A stretch of 59,243 nt of DNA, counting the filler, from Basidiobolus ranarum (Eukaryota): assembly GCA_040143965.1 (NCBI GenBank). It is 10 parts of 10 records of this genome, joined end to end, with 100 filler letters (N's around TTAATTAATTAA, not from the genome) between each part and the next. Parts side by side here need not be neighbours in the genome. Positions count along the whole stretch, not along the records: positions 1 to 5,851 come from JASJQH010008360.1; positions 5,952 to 11,799 come from JASJQH010008361.1; 8 more parts are not named here. The stretch is one strand, 5' to 3'. Of this stretch, positions 1-11,899 are shown in pieces. The number at the start of each line of letters is the position of its first letter. The first letter of the stretch is position 1. The position numbers and the translations under genes were made by a program. The notes under the pieces were generated by a model that was given only the letters and a program-made list of their open reading frames with translations, had not been told where the DNA came from and did no database searches.

Positions 1-59
1 AATATCTCACAAAGCTATTCACAACTCCACTTTTCTAAAGATCCTCCAAACAGCCCATA

Positions 60-570
60 TTTTCCCAATACTGACTGCAATATCTCTTCCTCAATTAGCA
101 TCTGAATACTGCATTAGATCAAAGTTTGGTCCCAAATAGGTATTTCAAGTATAGAACAATAGTACCTTTCAAACATCTGAAAATCCACCTAACTGTTGTG
201 ATTTGATCAGCTCCATGATTTAGAAGATATTGGCATATAACTCTAACAAAATATTCAATATTGGGCTAGGATCCAACCCTAGTATACATCAAACTAACAA
301 CCATATATTGATCAGAAAATTTCTGACTTCCATTTAAGTCCAAGAATGCCTATTTTGAGCCATTTTTGGTCAACTCAAGATTTGTCTCCATTGGCATAGA
401 TAATGGCTTATATTCTTCCATTTTAACCTTCTTTAGTACATCTAGGATACACTTAGACTGGTTTAAGGTTATATACTTAGGCTGGTTTAAAGTTATTGTT
501 GTTATAGTTCTATCTATGTTATTTGGATTCCAAGATAGTATATAAATAACAATAAGTATTCAGGTGTTAT
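60..570 (-). mobile_element. Decayed Ty1/copia reverse transcriptase / RNase H remnant
   Basis: Minus-strand translation gives YLGIQIT..ITLNQ.KYI..DVLKK.KMEEYKPLSMPME, VSLMY..., WIFRCLKGT and QYSDAN*GRD, matching the copia RVT_2 C-terminus and the YSDADWAGD motif. Contains stops; no CpG seen. Confidence 0.8.
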
Positions 571-1390
571 GGTAGAGTATTTCACTTATAAAGTAGGTCA
601 TTAAGTATAGTTGAGTAAGAGAAATTTAAACAGCAGTTGGATCAGCAATGGCATAATAATGTACAAACCTCTCCATTTTAGTACCATGATTGAATGGTAG
701 GTTCTTTTTGAGCTGGCAATACAATGTAAAAGGGAGATATCACTCTCCACACAGTGATGCATTTATTCCCTAACTCCAATGTCCCTAATAATATTCTTTA
801 TTATTGACAAAACTATTGAGTAAATTAATGTTACAACAAGTGAGTGAATTTCCTTCTAACTAAAGTACATTAACCCTGACTATCCTCCCATGTCAAAGGC
901 ATTTTGAGATTCCCCATGTTTATTGGGAGCAATAATAATGTATCCTGATATCACTGGTCCTCAAATCACATATGTACTTACTGTAGGAGATACTCTATGG
1001 TGTCTGCAATGATTGACATGAAAATAGAATAGAACAGCAGACATGGTTGGGGGATCATAACTATTTATAAAATATAACAATAAGCTCGATGTTGGGATGA
1101 AGCATACAACGATATAGTAAGAGAGTACAGGAAAAGTCAATAAAGGAACTGATACTATCTTGTAGTCACACTGGTTTTTGCATTGACGTCCAGTTGCCTG
1201 TTATCCTAGACTACTACAAGTCGAGGAATTGTGTGGGACTATAAGCAGCACTGAAATAATGCACCAGTTGAGTCAAATGAGAATGGGAGAGAACTTACAG
1301 AATACATCTGATACAGCTAATCTTGTGCATGGGAGGCAGTGAAGCATCAAAGAATGTAGATATAGCGCGATAGACGGAAGCATTGCGGAC

Positions 1391-2601
1391 TTAGTTTTTT
1401 CCCAATTTGTCCAAAAAATTTTCAAACATCTCAGCATGCCTATCAACTCGCTGATTGGATTTTTCAGTGAAATCTCTCAACATTTTCTCCATGGTCTCCA
1501 TGGTGAACCTATAGATCTCGCGAGCTTTTTCGGATTCTGCTGACATACGAGCGGATTGCTCTCGAAAGAAATTCAGATACTTGTCAACATCTGCAATGGA
1601 AGCTATGGAAGATGCACGTGAGGGAGGTACACTTATGCTTCTAGCTCCATAAGAATTATTTGTTTGAGTGGGCTCGACTTCAGTAGCTGATAAAGGCTCT
1701 GTCGGGAGTTCGGACTCTACTTCCCCTAATATCATGTCAATAGATTCTTCCAGCGGATCGTGATCCCCGTCATGGCTGGTGTCTAGTTCAGGTATCAAAT
1801 GCGGAATTTTGGCTGTATGTGGGGTTAATTGAGAGTCTGCCAACCGCTTAGGTTTATTGTTAACATTTGTAGCTTCACTTTCGTCTGATGTAGAGGGCAT
1901 TGCGTCCGATGTCAAAGTAGCGCTAGAAACTGTCGCCTGAGGCGTTCCGGTTTGGCTGTTGGGTTGACTGTTTGGCTGACTACTACTTTGTGTAGCACAT
2001 GAATTGCTTTAGAGGGAGAAAAAAGAAATGAGTTAATTAACAATTTAAACTACAGTCTGTTGAACAAAAACGTCATAAAAACCATTACTTTTTGGCAGAA
2101 GGCTCGCATGACTTCGCCCTTGCGTATTGACTATCGGCTAACAAAGGCGCCAACTCGTCGTAAAAGAGACATTTACGTTTATCTGTCACACCTGGTTTAG
2201 CATTATATTCTTCAGTCTCCTATTTTAATAAACAGATAAAGAAGATGTGAAATAAAACAAGTCAATGAAAAACCATTGAAAACGTGGGTTCTAAATAAAC
2301 ATACCCGAAAAGCCCTTTGTAAGTTTTTCCATTTCTGTTGACACTGCTCTATGGTCTTCACATAGTTGTGAGCCTGTAAAGAGGCGACTATTTCTCTCCA
2401 GAGTTGCTTTGTCCGCTTCATGGAGTTAAAGAGAAGGTTTTTTTCTTCCCTTAATTGTATAAATAATTTCGTCTCCTCATAACTCCAGAAAGTTTGTTGC
2501 TTATTTGAGGAGTCTTGCGACTGAAATTCCGGTGAAATAGTTGACGATTCAGAAATATTAGAGTCTTGAATAAGATATGCGATATGATCGAACAAGGACA
2601 T
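1391..2601 (-). CDS. Trihelix Myb/SANT-like (GT-1 type) DNA-binding protein; 3 exons (2601-2305, 2219-2089, 2006-1391)
   Basis: WSYEETKLFIQLR..LWREIV..L..KTIEQCQQKWKNL plus CLFYDEL in exon 2. GT-AG introns splice in frame into ORF 1391-1915, which has a disordered middle and a helical C-terminus. Confidence 0.85.
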
Positions 2602-3847
2602 ACTAAAAGCTAACTACAACCGATATTAAAAAAGGTAGTTAAAATCAAGGTTTTACAAGGAGTTTTCAAAAAAATATTGTAATATTCAAAACAAAGGTGA
2701 GATACTGGTTCTAGCCTAACTCTAAAGCATACTTCGGTGCGTTATTTCAAGGGTTAATTTTACCTAAACACTTCTCGCCTCAAAAGCGAATAAACTCTTG
2801 ACTAACTCTACACTGACACAATCAGTATTATGTATATTTATCTCACCAGCGACTGAATAGACTTGTTTCTAGAGAGATACAACCTAAACAGAAGGAACCA
2901 GCCAACGGAAAGAAATAACGCTAGAAAAACAAGAGGGAATAAAAATTCCTAAGAACATCTATGAAGAAACAGTGTACTTAGAAAGAGAATCGTCTCTGGA
3001 TTTAAATCAAAAATTTAATGGATTCCAAGAATATTCGATAATTTCTATCCGGCTTCAACCAGTTAAACGTGCTTAAATGAAGGCAATCTATCAAATTAAA
3101 CCCAGATCTCTAATGATAATAAGTTGAAGCGATGTTTTCATTTAACGAATGTACGACATGGCATCTTGGTTTAAAAGCGATGTTTTCCCGAAAATAACGG
3201 TTACTTCTATGAGCTAAGAATATGCTACACAATCCATAGGAGGTTAAATAGATATATTTCAATAAACTTTATTTTATCATTCAGCGACACTGCCTTCACC
3301 CCCTTTCTCGCTATTGATCAACCACCAGCCCAGTAACAGTGGAGTTGCTACTGTTCAACTAATACCTATAATAGAAGTACGTTAAGGAGAACAAACATGG
3401 TTGGAGAGAAAGAGTCAGTAGTGTGTTCAGTGTTAGGAAAGGTCACCGCATGCTATAAAAGCCACTTTATATGAAGTTGCTTTTACTTCAGAAGAAGTTT
3501 GTTTGATGAAACATCATTACACTCTGAATATGAAATCATCTTGCAAAAGGATACATGGAGCGGAAAGTCGGTTGAGGGCAAAGGAGAATAGATTGTAATT
3601 CAGTCGATGGGCATTTGATAAAGAAAAAAAAAAGGAATTAATGATGGCCAATATTAAGTGAATCACTCGGCGAATAAATGCTTGATAAATAAATAAGTTG
3701 AGTATTCAAATGGATCACAGTTGATTCGAAATTAGTTGATACTGATGTTATTAATAAAACGAAAAGTATATAATTGCAATGATATCTACATTACATACTT
3801 CAATAGAAACGTAACCACTATTTTACAACAACTTACGCGAAGATAGT

Positions 3848-5354
3848 ATGTCGCGAAGAGTGTTAAGAAGACGTGGCAAGGAATTAGAAACTGATTTAGG
3901 AAATTCAGAAAAGAATGAATTAGTAGAACCCGTTATCACCGGAAGAGTTACACGTAGCAAATTTCAAGCAAATGTTGTCTCCCATGTAGAAAAACCTTCC
4001 ACCAGTATTGTTGATGAAAAAAACGCGTCGAAGACGGCAAAAGGTCGCGTTAAAGGTGGTAGAGGGGGTGCTAAGGCGAAAAAAACTCAACCTACCAATA
4101 ATGCTAAAAGCCCTCCGAAGGGTATTGTTGTTTTGGGTACACAAAAGGAGAAAGACACTATAGGGGAAGTGGAAACGCCGCAAGTCGAAAAAGACTTCTC
4201 CACACCACTTGAAATCCTTTCAAGCGATATAATCACCTCAACCCCCATCACAAATAGGACTGTAAAAGATCAACTAAATAATAGCGATATATCTCCATTT
4301 GCGGGTACGTGAAAAACATATGCGATGTTTTGTAGTGTAACTCTAACAAACTTTAATCTGTTTGTGTACATAGATTTAGAAATTTCTAGAGCATTCGAGT
4401 CCGATTTAAACAATGAAAATGATAGCGGAAATAGTAAGTTATGTTCAGACGTGTCTCTTTACTTCCTATATGATTTTAAATAAGGGAGTTTCCCTTTCTT
4501 CAACAATAGGAACTTCTCCTGTCGTACAAGCCAGCGAACGCGGAAAGTCTGTTAGTTCTCTACTGCCTATTGAGAGTAGCACGCCTATCGCTCTGTTTGA
4601 TTCCAAAAAGAACTCTGATCATATAAAGCTAGCTGATAGCTTTTGTGGTGACGAGTCTGAAGATCCATTTGGATTCACAAAAGCAGAAAAGCGTATCAAA
4701 ACGTTCAAGAAAACCTATCCTTCGGAAACCAAGCCATTGACTAATGTATCTCCCAGAGTAAGCGATACAAAGAGAGATACGTCCACTTCGTTTGAGTTTA
4801 ACGCTGAAGAACTCGAGGACTCCAGCCCGAAGAACTTAAAATCCAAGCACCCAAAAATGAACCGATCCAACCAAGAAATAAGTAGAGCATCAAACGACAG
4901 AGATGAGAACATAGCCTCTACATTGGAAAGTGAATCAGAGACGGAGTCATCTCGTAAGAAACGGCATAGTCAGCCTGTTGTCGAGGTCGCCGTTAAGGTA
5001 CACGCTTGCTATTAGTTCACTTTTTTGGATTATTTTATCTCATAATCTCAAATATTTTTTTAGAGCGCTGATGAACCGGAACAAGACAAATCACTTAAAA
5101 AGCGTGGTCGGGGCAAAGGAAAAACTCGAAGTTACAGTGGCCGTAAAGAGAAGGGTAAAGAGCCTGCGCGTGGAGATGATCTAAGTGGAAAAGTGAAGTC
5201 CAAGGTAATATCTTCAGGATTGCTTCTAAAAGATGATATAGTTGCTAAGCTTCCTCTGCAGGTTGATGATGACGCAGATGTTGCAATGACTGAGCACCGA
5301 AAGCACTTTATGGACATTGATAATTTTGAGTTAGCTGAAGAATATGTATATTAA
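3848..5354 (+). CDS. Probable Sororin/Sor1-like cohesion factor; exons 3848-4304, 4374-4433, 4510-4997, 5064-5354 (possible extra in-frame intron 5205-5261)
   Basis: GT-AG splicing keeps the frame. Low-complexity protein rich in S/T-P sites, with a DPFGF motif and the C-terminus HRKHFMDIDNFELAEEYVY*, resembling the Sororin domain. Confidence 0.7.
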
Positions 5355-5539
5355 CCTTTTTGGTTTTTAACTTTGAGATATCCTATGGAACTAGCTAAGA
5401 GACTGAGTTACATTTTATAGTTTAAATTTTGCAAATGCGATATTTCTAGTAGTTTTCTTTTTATGAATGTAAGTTTTTCGTTTCTATAAAATATGTTATA
5501 ATCTGAGTAACTTGAAGGGATATATTTCTACATGTAAAC

Positions 5540-5828
5540 TGTTGAAAATGACATAGCTAAGCATCTATATATTCATATAGTTAGCTACCTAAATTCCACT
5601 ATGTTATTATGAGATACTTTCACTAAGAGTCTACTTACAATACTTTTACTAACTTAGAAGTTCTCAGATTATATAATTATCTCAGATTTATCCAGGAGAC
5701 CCCAAACTTTGTATGTATGTTCCTGGGACCTTCCTGTACATACTCTACATGTCAATATATCATCAAGTCAAAACCACCAATTCTTCTAGTTCTCTAAGTC
5801 ACTTCCAACTGTTAAAGTATTTGGGAGC
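5540..5828 (+). repeat. Degenerate copy of the ~345-bp TGTTGAAA..TTTAACA repeat family, ending in an inverted terminal piece
   Basis: Shares gaagttctcaga, ccaaactttg, tcctgggaccttcct and aaaaccaccaatt with the other copies. 5810-5828 (tgttaaagtatttgggagc) is the reverse complement of the family's right end. Confidence 0.7.
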
Positions 5829-5851
5829 ATAAGGTATTACAACTTCTGGCA

Positions 5852-5951
5852 NNNNNNNNNNNNNNNNNNNNNNNNNNNNNNNNNNNNNNNNNNNNTTAAT
5901 TAATTAANNNNNNNNNNNNNNNNNNNNNNNNNNNNNNNNNNNNNNNNNNNN
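5852..5951. other. Artificial contig spacer
   Basis: N44-TTAATTAATTAA-N44 (stops in all six frames). Confidence 0.99.
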
Positions 5952-7461
5952 CGACTGATGGAAAGGCAAACTCCTTATGGGCTATATGACTTAAAACTCG
6001 TTTATCTTCTAGATTTTAACAATTTAAGTAGGAGCCATGATACGGTTATATCAAATAGCCTTTGAAAGAGCAGGGGCCTTAATAATAAGTTATGCCATCA
6101 AATCCAGCGATCCTAATCGAATGGCTGATTGTAGAAACATGATAATTTACAAAGTAATCGGTTGAGCTTGTCACACCACCGGGCATTGTAAAAAAAATAC
6201 TGAACTATTGAATCTCTGATTAACAGATATAGTTATTTCACAGGCGTGGTAATGATCAAAAAAAGAAGATTCTAATGAATTGAAGACATGCTCATAGGTT
6301 CAATTTTATATAAAGAATTTAAGCTATAATTTTACCATTTGACTGGTAACATGACGACTAACTTCCCTGAACTAACAATTGAGTTGCTTACATGTGCTTC
6401 CGATATGACCGTCATTCCGGCTAGCTACTTTCCTGAGATTAAAGGGATGGCACTTTTATAGTAGGATTCAGGTAAGTTGCGAGAACGGAGCCATCACATC
6501 TTTTCGGATAAGCATGAGAGTCGGGAATATGTATCTGTTCATTTGTAATCAGTTTGGGCTGAGAAAACCCAGCGAGATTAGCCATGGATCAGAATATTAC
6601 AGCCAGTTGCAGAGAATGAATAGTGTGAGATTGTTGAACTAGATTGAACCACTTTCATATAATGATCAATACCTCGTTTACATTGGTGATATATCCAATC
6701 TAGGTGCTTAGCCAAAGGTGTAATGAACGCCCCTTTAACTGGTTTGATTTCATCGATAACAAAGTAAGCTTCAATCATATTGGATCTAGAAAAGGAGCAA
6801 ACTTTATAAATTTTTGAGCATTGACATGTATGCTTGACTATTCTTGTTTGCTTGACGGCGTAACAGGAATGTATCACTATTTCCTTGTGGGAATGATTGG
6901 GATTGAAATATCATCAATCATAATGGTGCCTAACGTGGGACATTCCATTCTCATTGTGGATCAACGCTCCAGAGAATGGGATGTATCTCCGTAACTCTTT
7001 GGAATTTTGTGAGTGCTTAATAAAAGTTCATTGGTCATTGTCGACGATCTGAGGAAGTATGGAATAATTCCGATCCTAAAAAATAAAGTAAATGCCGAAA
7101 TTTGTCAATTTCCTGGTAAAAGACAGGCTAAAAATATACCATCTCTTCCAAGTTTATTCGCTGCGTATACCATATTTGAAATTGGTAATTGGTTCGTTGA
7201 TCTGTAAGAATCTAAAGGCGCCTAATAAGGTTCTCCATACATCTGAAATATTTGAACCTAGCCTTTACATTCAAATCCGAATTCCCTTTGTACCATAGCC
7301 CTTATTTATCGAGTTTTTCTTGTGAAACCATTGTCTCCTGTCTTCTCCCAAAGGCTATTTGGTATAACCGTATCATGGCTCCTACTTAAATTGTTAAAAT
7401 CTAGAAGATAAACGAGTTTTAAGTCATATAGCCCATAAGGAGTTTGCCTTTCCATCAGTCG
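5952..7461. repeat. 113-bp near-perfect inverted repeat (5952-6064 / 7349-7461) flanking ~1.28 kb
   Basis: cgactgatggaaaggcaaact...aaatagcctttg is the reverse complement of 7349-7461, with one mismatch by eye. Confidence 0.9.
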
Positions 7462-8355
7462 TTCCATGTCTGTAGGAACATGACTATTCATAGGCCATAG
7501 ACTAGTGCTAATAACTCTCAGATATTGCTGCGGGGAAAATGTCAACTCTCAGCCCACTTCATATCTACTTCACATATGATACACTGAGAGCAGAAACTAG
7601 AGTCAGGGAGCATCACGATTCAGTGTTCTCTTCAAAGTAACTCCCTTAGCAGTTGTCACCAGGCACTGAGGATCGAATATCCAGTAGAGATAGGCTCATT
7701 CTAACGCTGAAGTTCAGAATAAAACAATGGCGACAGTGCAAACGAAGTCGGCATTCGACCAACTTTTGATAGTACTGCTGATTCAAAATCAACAAAGAGA
7801 ATGGGGACGTTGTTACAAATTTGGAAAGTCGGACACAGTGAGATAATGCATGCTTAAGCAGAATGTACTGCGATCACCATTCTCTTGGCCGTGATAATAC
7901 TTACCCACAACTATGGTTCACGAAAGAACACAATAACTAGGTGGTTAAAGTAGTGATCGATACACACCAGTTCGAAAGAATACTGCTGTCAGTTGATCAT
8001 TCATTAAGGTTGAGTGTAAGGAAGCACTGCTTAAGCGAAACAAAGAAGTAGGCAATCAGCGTTGTATGAAAAAGGCAGTAATGCAATTATAGAAAGTACC
8101 TTGATCCAACGGCGCACTTGGCTCAATACAGAAGTAATATTCAAGCCATTCTATGCTAATGTGAGGGTGGGGACTATTTACGGAATGAGTAGCTAAACTG
8201 GCTGGATTCACAGCCAAATTCAAAGATTGTCGCGGGATGTATTTATATATATATTTGGGAATAACTGGTATTCATGGCAAATATGGAAGGAAGCTTTAGT
8301 GGAACGCAATTACTCCAGTGAACTGAGACAGCTAAATTGTGTGAGAATGGATGGC

Positions 8356-8362
8356 TATAAAA
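8356..8362 (+). promoter_or_regulatory. Putative TATA box of the DPBB gene
   Basis: TATAAAA ~75 nt upstream of ATG 8433. Confidence 0.5.
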
Positions 8363-8432
8363 GATGGCACTGGGACTGAAGAGGAGAGTACAGCAAACAG
8401 GATATTTGCATCTACCTCAACACTCGTATAAT

Positions 8433-8870
8433 ATGTTCAAAGTAATCGCCGCTCTCTCTCTCTGCCTCTTCTTGGTCCAAGCTGTGCTTGGTAGTCAATT
8501 TGCAGGCTATGCTGGCATTCATAGCGAGGCACCCATGAGCAAACGTGACTACCGTGGAGATGGCACTTTCTTCACCCCGGACCGGGATGCGTGCTCAAAG
8601 CAAGGTCGTAGCTCTCGCACGACTGACATGATTGCCGCCCTCAGCCGTTTCCAATTTGGTCAAGGTTCTGGCAAAGATACCGACCAGGCCTCAATGTGTG
8701 GCAAGTGTGTCAAGGTTCAGGGACCCAAGGGCTCAGTTGTTGTTCGCATTCAAGATCTATGCGCACCTTGCCGTAGTGGTGACATCGACCTAACCCCCTC
8801 AGCATTCAAGAAGATCGCTAACCTTAATGATGGCCGTGTCAAGGTCACCTGGAAGAAAGTGAGCTGTTAA
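8433..8870 (+). CDS. Secreted RlpA-like double-psi beta-barrel (expansin N-terminal/loosenin-like) protein
   Basis: Signal peptide MFKVIAALSLCLFLVQAVLG, Kex2-like KR, then GDGTFF, MIAALS, CGKCVKVQGPKGSVVVRIQDLCAPC, DIDLTPSAFKKIA and GRVKVTW. Intronless. Confidence 0.92.
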   Translation: MFKVIAALSLCLFLVQAVLGSQFAGYAGIHSEAPMSKRDYRGDGTFFTPDRDACSKQGRSSRTTDMIAALSRFQFGQGSGKDTDQASMCGKCVKVQGPKGSVVVRIQDLCAPCRSGDIDLTPSAFKKIANLNDGRVKVTWKKVSC

Positions 8871-9708
8871 AGCTCACGGTGAAATCTATGCAGGAGTAAT
8901 ATGGGAGATGTATGCTATGTATAGAATTTGTATTGTTTGAGGATATAAAATATTACAGTTTTTGAAGCAATAAAATTGATTTTTTAGCTTTACTTCACTT
9001 GTTATGACTTGTCTTTTTGCCAATGGCTAAATATATTAATTGCAGCATTCAATAACTAGTATTTTCTGATTCATATATTGGTCTCATAGTGGCAACTATT
9101 TCAATTGTGACTTTTTGCCAAATTAGCATCAAGATGCAAGCACGTTAAGTGATACCTTATTTAATTAACAGCAGGAATTACAAATTGTCCTGATTCCGCC
9201 AAACAGGTTCACTTAACCTCTGCAATGGTATTATCGCTGCAATCTCTGAATTACCCATGGAAGAATTGAAGTGTTGTACATCTCGATGTAACCTAATTCA
9301 TATTTCATAGGCTGAAATTGCAGAATCATTCTGGAATATATCGCACTAATATTGAGTTGAATCAAAAGTTCAAACTTATACACCCTCTTTTTCAATTTGC
9401 CATCATTCCATGAAGTCTCAGCAAATAGCTTGTGGAGCTGTATACAATCTTTAATGTTTGTAATCCCTCATTTTATTTAAGAAACACATAAAAAAGTAGC
9501 TTTACAATTTACTTTATCATTTAAGAAATATAGCTTAGTTCTGAAATCAGAAAGTATTGAAAGATTTTTCTGTCCTGTATTGTTGAGATCCCAGAAGGAA
9601 ATTACAGAGTAGCTACTTTTTAATGGACCATTTTTCTTCTGGATGAAAAAATTCTAATGATCACAATAACATCATGGGCTTATCAATCAGAGATTAACCA
9701 GTTGGAAC

Positions 9709-10137
9709 TGCTGAAATAAGCATAGCCTAAACACATATATAGTTGTCTATAGCTTTGTAATTTGGTTAGTCCATATTTCACCAAGATATTGTTGAAATTA
9801 GCATTGCTTAAACACCTATATAGTCATATATAGCTTAGTACTTGGTTATCTTATATTTAACTAAGATATTACTCAGTATTCTCAATAGGAATTTACTTGG
9901 AATATTTTTACCAACTCAGAAGTTCTCAGATGTACAGATTTTTCAAACTTGTGCTAGAAGCTCCAAACTTTGCACACACATTTCTGGGTCCTTCATTAAG
10001 ACATTCTGCATGTCATTTTCTCTATACCTTGACAAAAGTCTAAATGACAACTTTCTACTCAATAAATTGGTTAGTGAAAACCATCAATTTCTCTAATTCT
10101 CTAAGTTATTTCTAACAGGCCCCCAAATGCTTTAACA
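9709..10137 (+). repeat. Full copy (9790-10137) of the ~345-bp TG..CA repeat (solo-LTR-like), preceded by a partial 5' copy (9709-9789)
   Basis: Starts tgttgaaattagcattg, ends ccaaatgctttaaca; aligns with 27453-27801 and 37364-37709. Confidence 0.85.
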
Positions 10138-10139
10138 TA

Positions 10140-11799
10140 TCTGACTCTGGGAATACATATCTTTGTAATGGTGTGAAGAATTTGGTAAGTGTGACAGTAG
10201 AGCCCAAACTAACTGGCTCATTTGCTTTTCCCTTGGGTTTACTAACTTCCTGCTCCTTTAGTGCATCTTTAGCTGCTTTTCAGTCTTTTCCATGTCAATA
10301 ATAGTGCATATGTATGAGATGTTTCATGAATAGGCCTATACTGGCCCAATTGCCATTTGCTTGCAAAAGCCCAAGATATGCCATACAAAATAAGTCAAAA
10401 ACATTCTGAATAATGCCTGGTCCTTAGCTTTTCCACAATTGCTCAAATGGAGGTGATTTTGGGTAAGAGTCTACACAGTTTCCAAAGTGTTAAACCATTC
10501 TTCTTTAAGGCAAGTGACAGCAGCTCTGACATTTAGAGTCTTTTAGTTTGCTGGCATTCCAACGATATTTCTACCTTCATGTGGCTAAGCAGCTTTGGGT
10601 AGTTATTTAGGCTTAATGGTCCAATATATATTCCGCTCTGCTAGATTGTCACAGTGATGTTCACATGTTTGGTGTGGGATGGATTGAAACTCTGTAAGAG
10701 AATAGATGTAAGGAACAGCATGTTGCTCTAGCTCAAGTACAACATTCTGAAGGTCTTATATCATAGTCAAGTGACTCTCTAACTGATGACTAGTTGCTTC
10801 AGAATGCTCCTTTTATTGAGATATTGCTGCATTAATGCTTGTCATGGTCTGTATAGCAACTTTGTAGCTTTCACTTATGAGTGCACATAAATAATTACAG
10901 TATTCTGCCTGATATTCCCTAGTTGTAATGACTCTATCCAAATTGTCTATAGAGGGGTTTTCAATAGTTGGCAAAGTAGGCATTTTGGAAGTTGATGGTC
11001 TTGACAGTGTTTCTGTTGCACTTTGCTCAACTATTGATCTACTACATAATTGGGGGATTGTAATCTGTTCACTAGTACTATTGCTATAAAGGAACACAAT
11101 TGGAAAATTGATTAATGCTTCATTGTTACATGAGTTAGTTCCCAGCATGTTAATGTCTTCAAAAGTGGATATTGGATTGCTAGACTGCTTGTTAATTAAG
11201 CCCTCTGTTATTGCTAGTTTTTTTCCTTTCCTGCCTACAGGCTTTGGCTAGGAAGCCAATTTGATTTGGATTTTGAATGCTTTTTCAATGGCATTTAATT
11301 TTTCAGATGGTAGACTTGGTGTAATGAATTCACTTAAAAAAACTTATAATAAATCACATTTGCCATCCATTACTGGAAATTACTTGTAAGTCCCCTGATG
11401 ACTCATCTATGACACTGTCTCAGAATCAGCTGATGATATTGATGGGCTATACCTAAAATACCACCTTTATGTGGGAGGTGTTCTTTTTTCCACAATATCC
11501 TTCTCATGCTGCAACACAAACATTTAAAGAAGCTCTGCTATTATTGTCACATATTCTTGTGCTAAGAAAGCTGCAGGCTTCATAGAAAAAATCATCACAA
11601 GCATGGTCACTTTACAAGCCCACCAGCTGCACAAAGCCTGGCAAATATGAACAGTAATAAGTGCACAAAATTGACTTTAGTTTGCCCAGTGAGTCCACTT
11701 GTTGAAAGTCTGGTGACTTGTGGTACAAGCAGTAATTCCCAAAGAGGAAAATATGGAGTATGGTGACTGCATCTGAACACAAAGTCTAAGGCCAATCAG
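10140..11799. mobile_element. CpG-depleted, probably decayed transposon-derived sequence (family unassigned)
   Basis: Almost no CG dinucleotides, only short broken ORFs, and adjacent to a repeat copy. Confidence 0.35.
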
Positions 11800-11899
11800 N
11801 NNNNNNNNNNNNNNNNNNNNNNNNNNNNNNNNNNNNNNNNNNNTTAATTAATTAANNNNNNNNNNNNNNNNNNNNNNNNNNNNNNNNNNNNNNNNNNNN
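11800..11899. other. Artificial contig spacer
   Basis: N44-TTAATTAATTAA-N44. Confidence 0.99.

Noticed and set aside
8364..8432. Upstream ATG extending the DPBB ORF
   Set aside because: It lies 1 nt after the TATA box and would bury the signal peptide; ATG 8433 is preferred.
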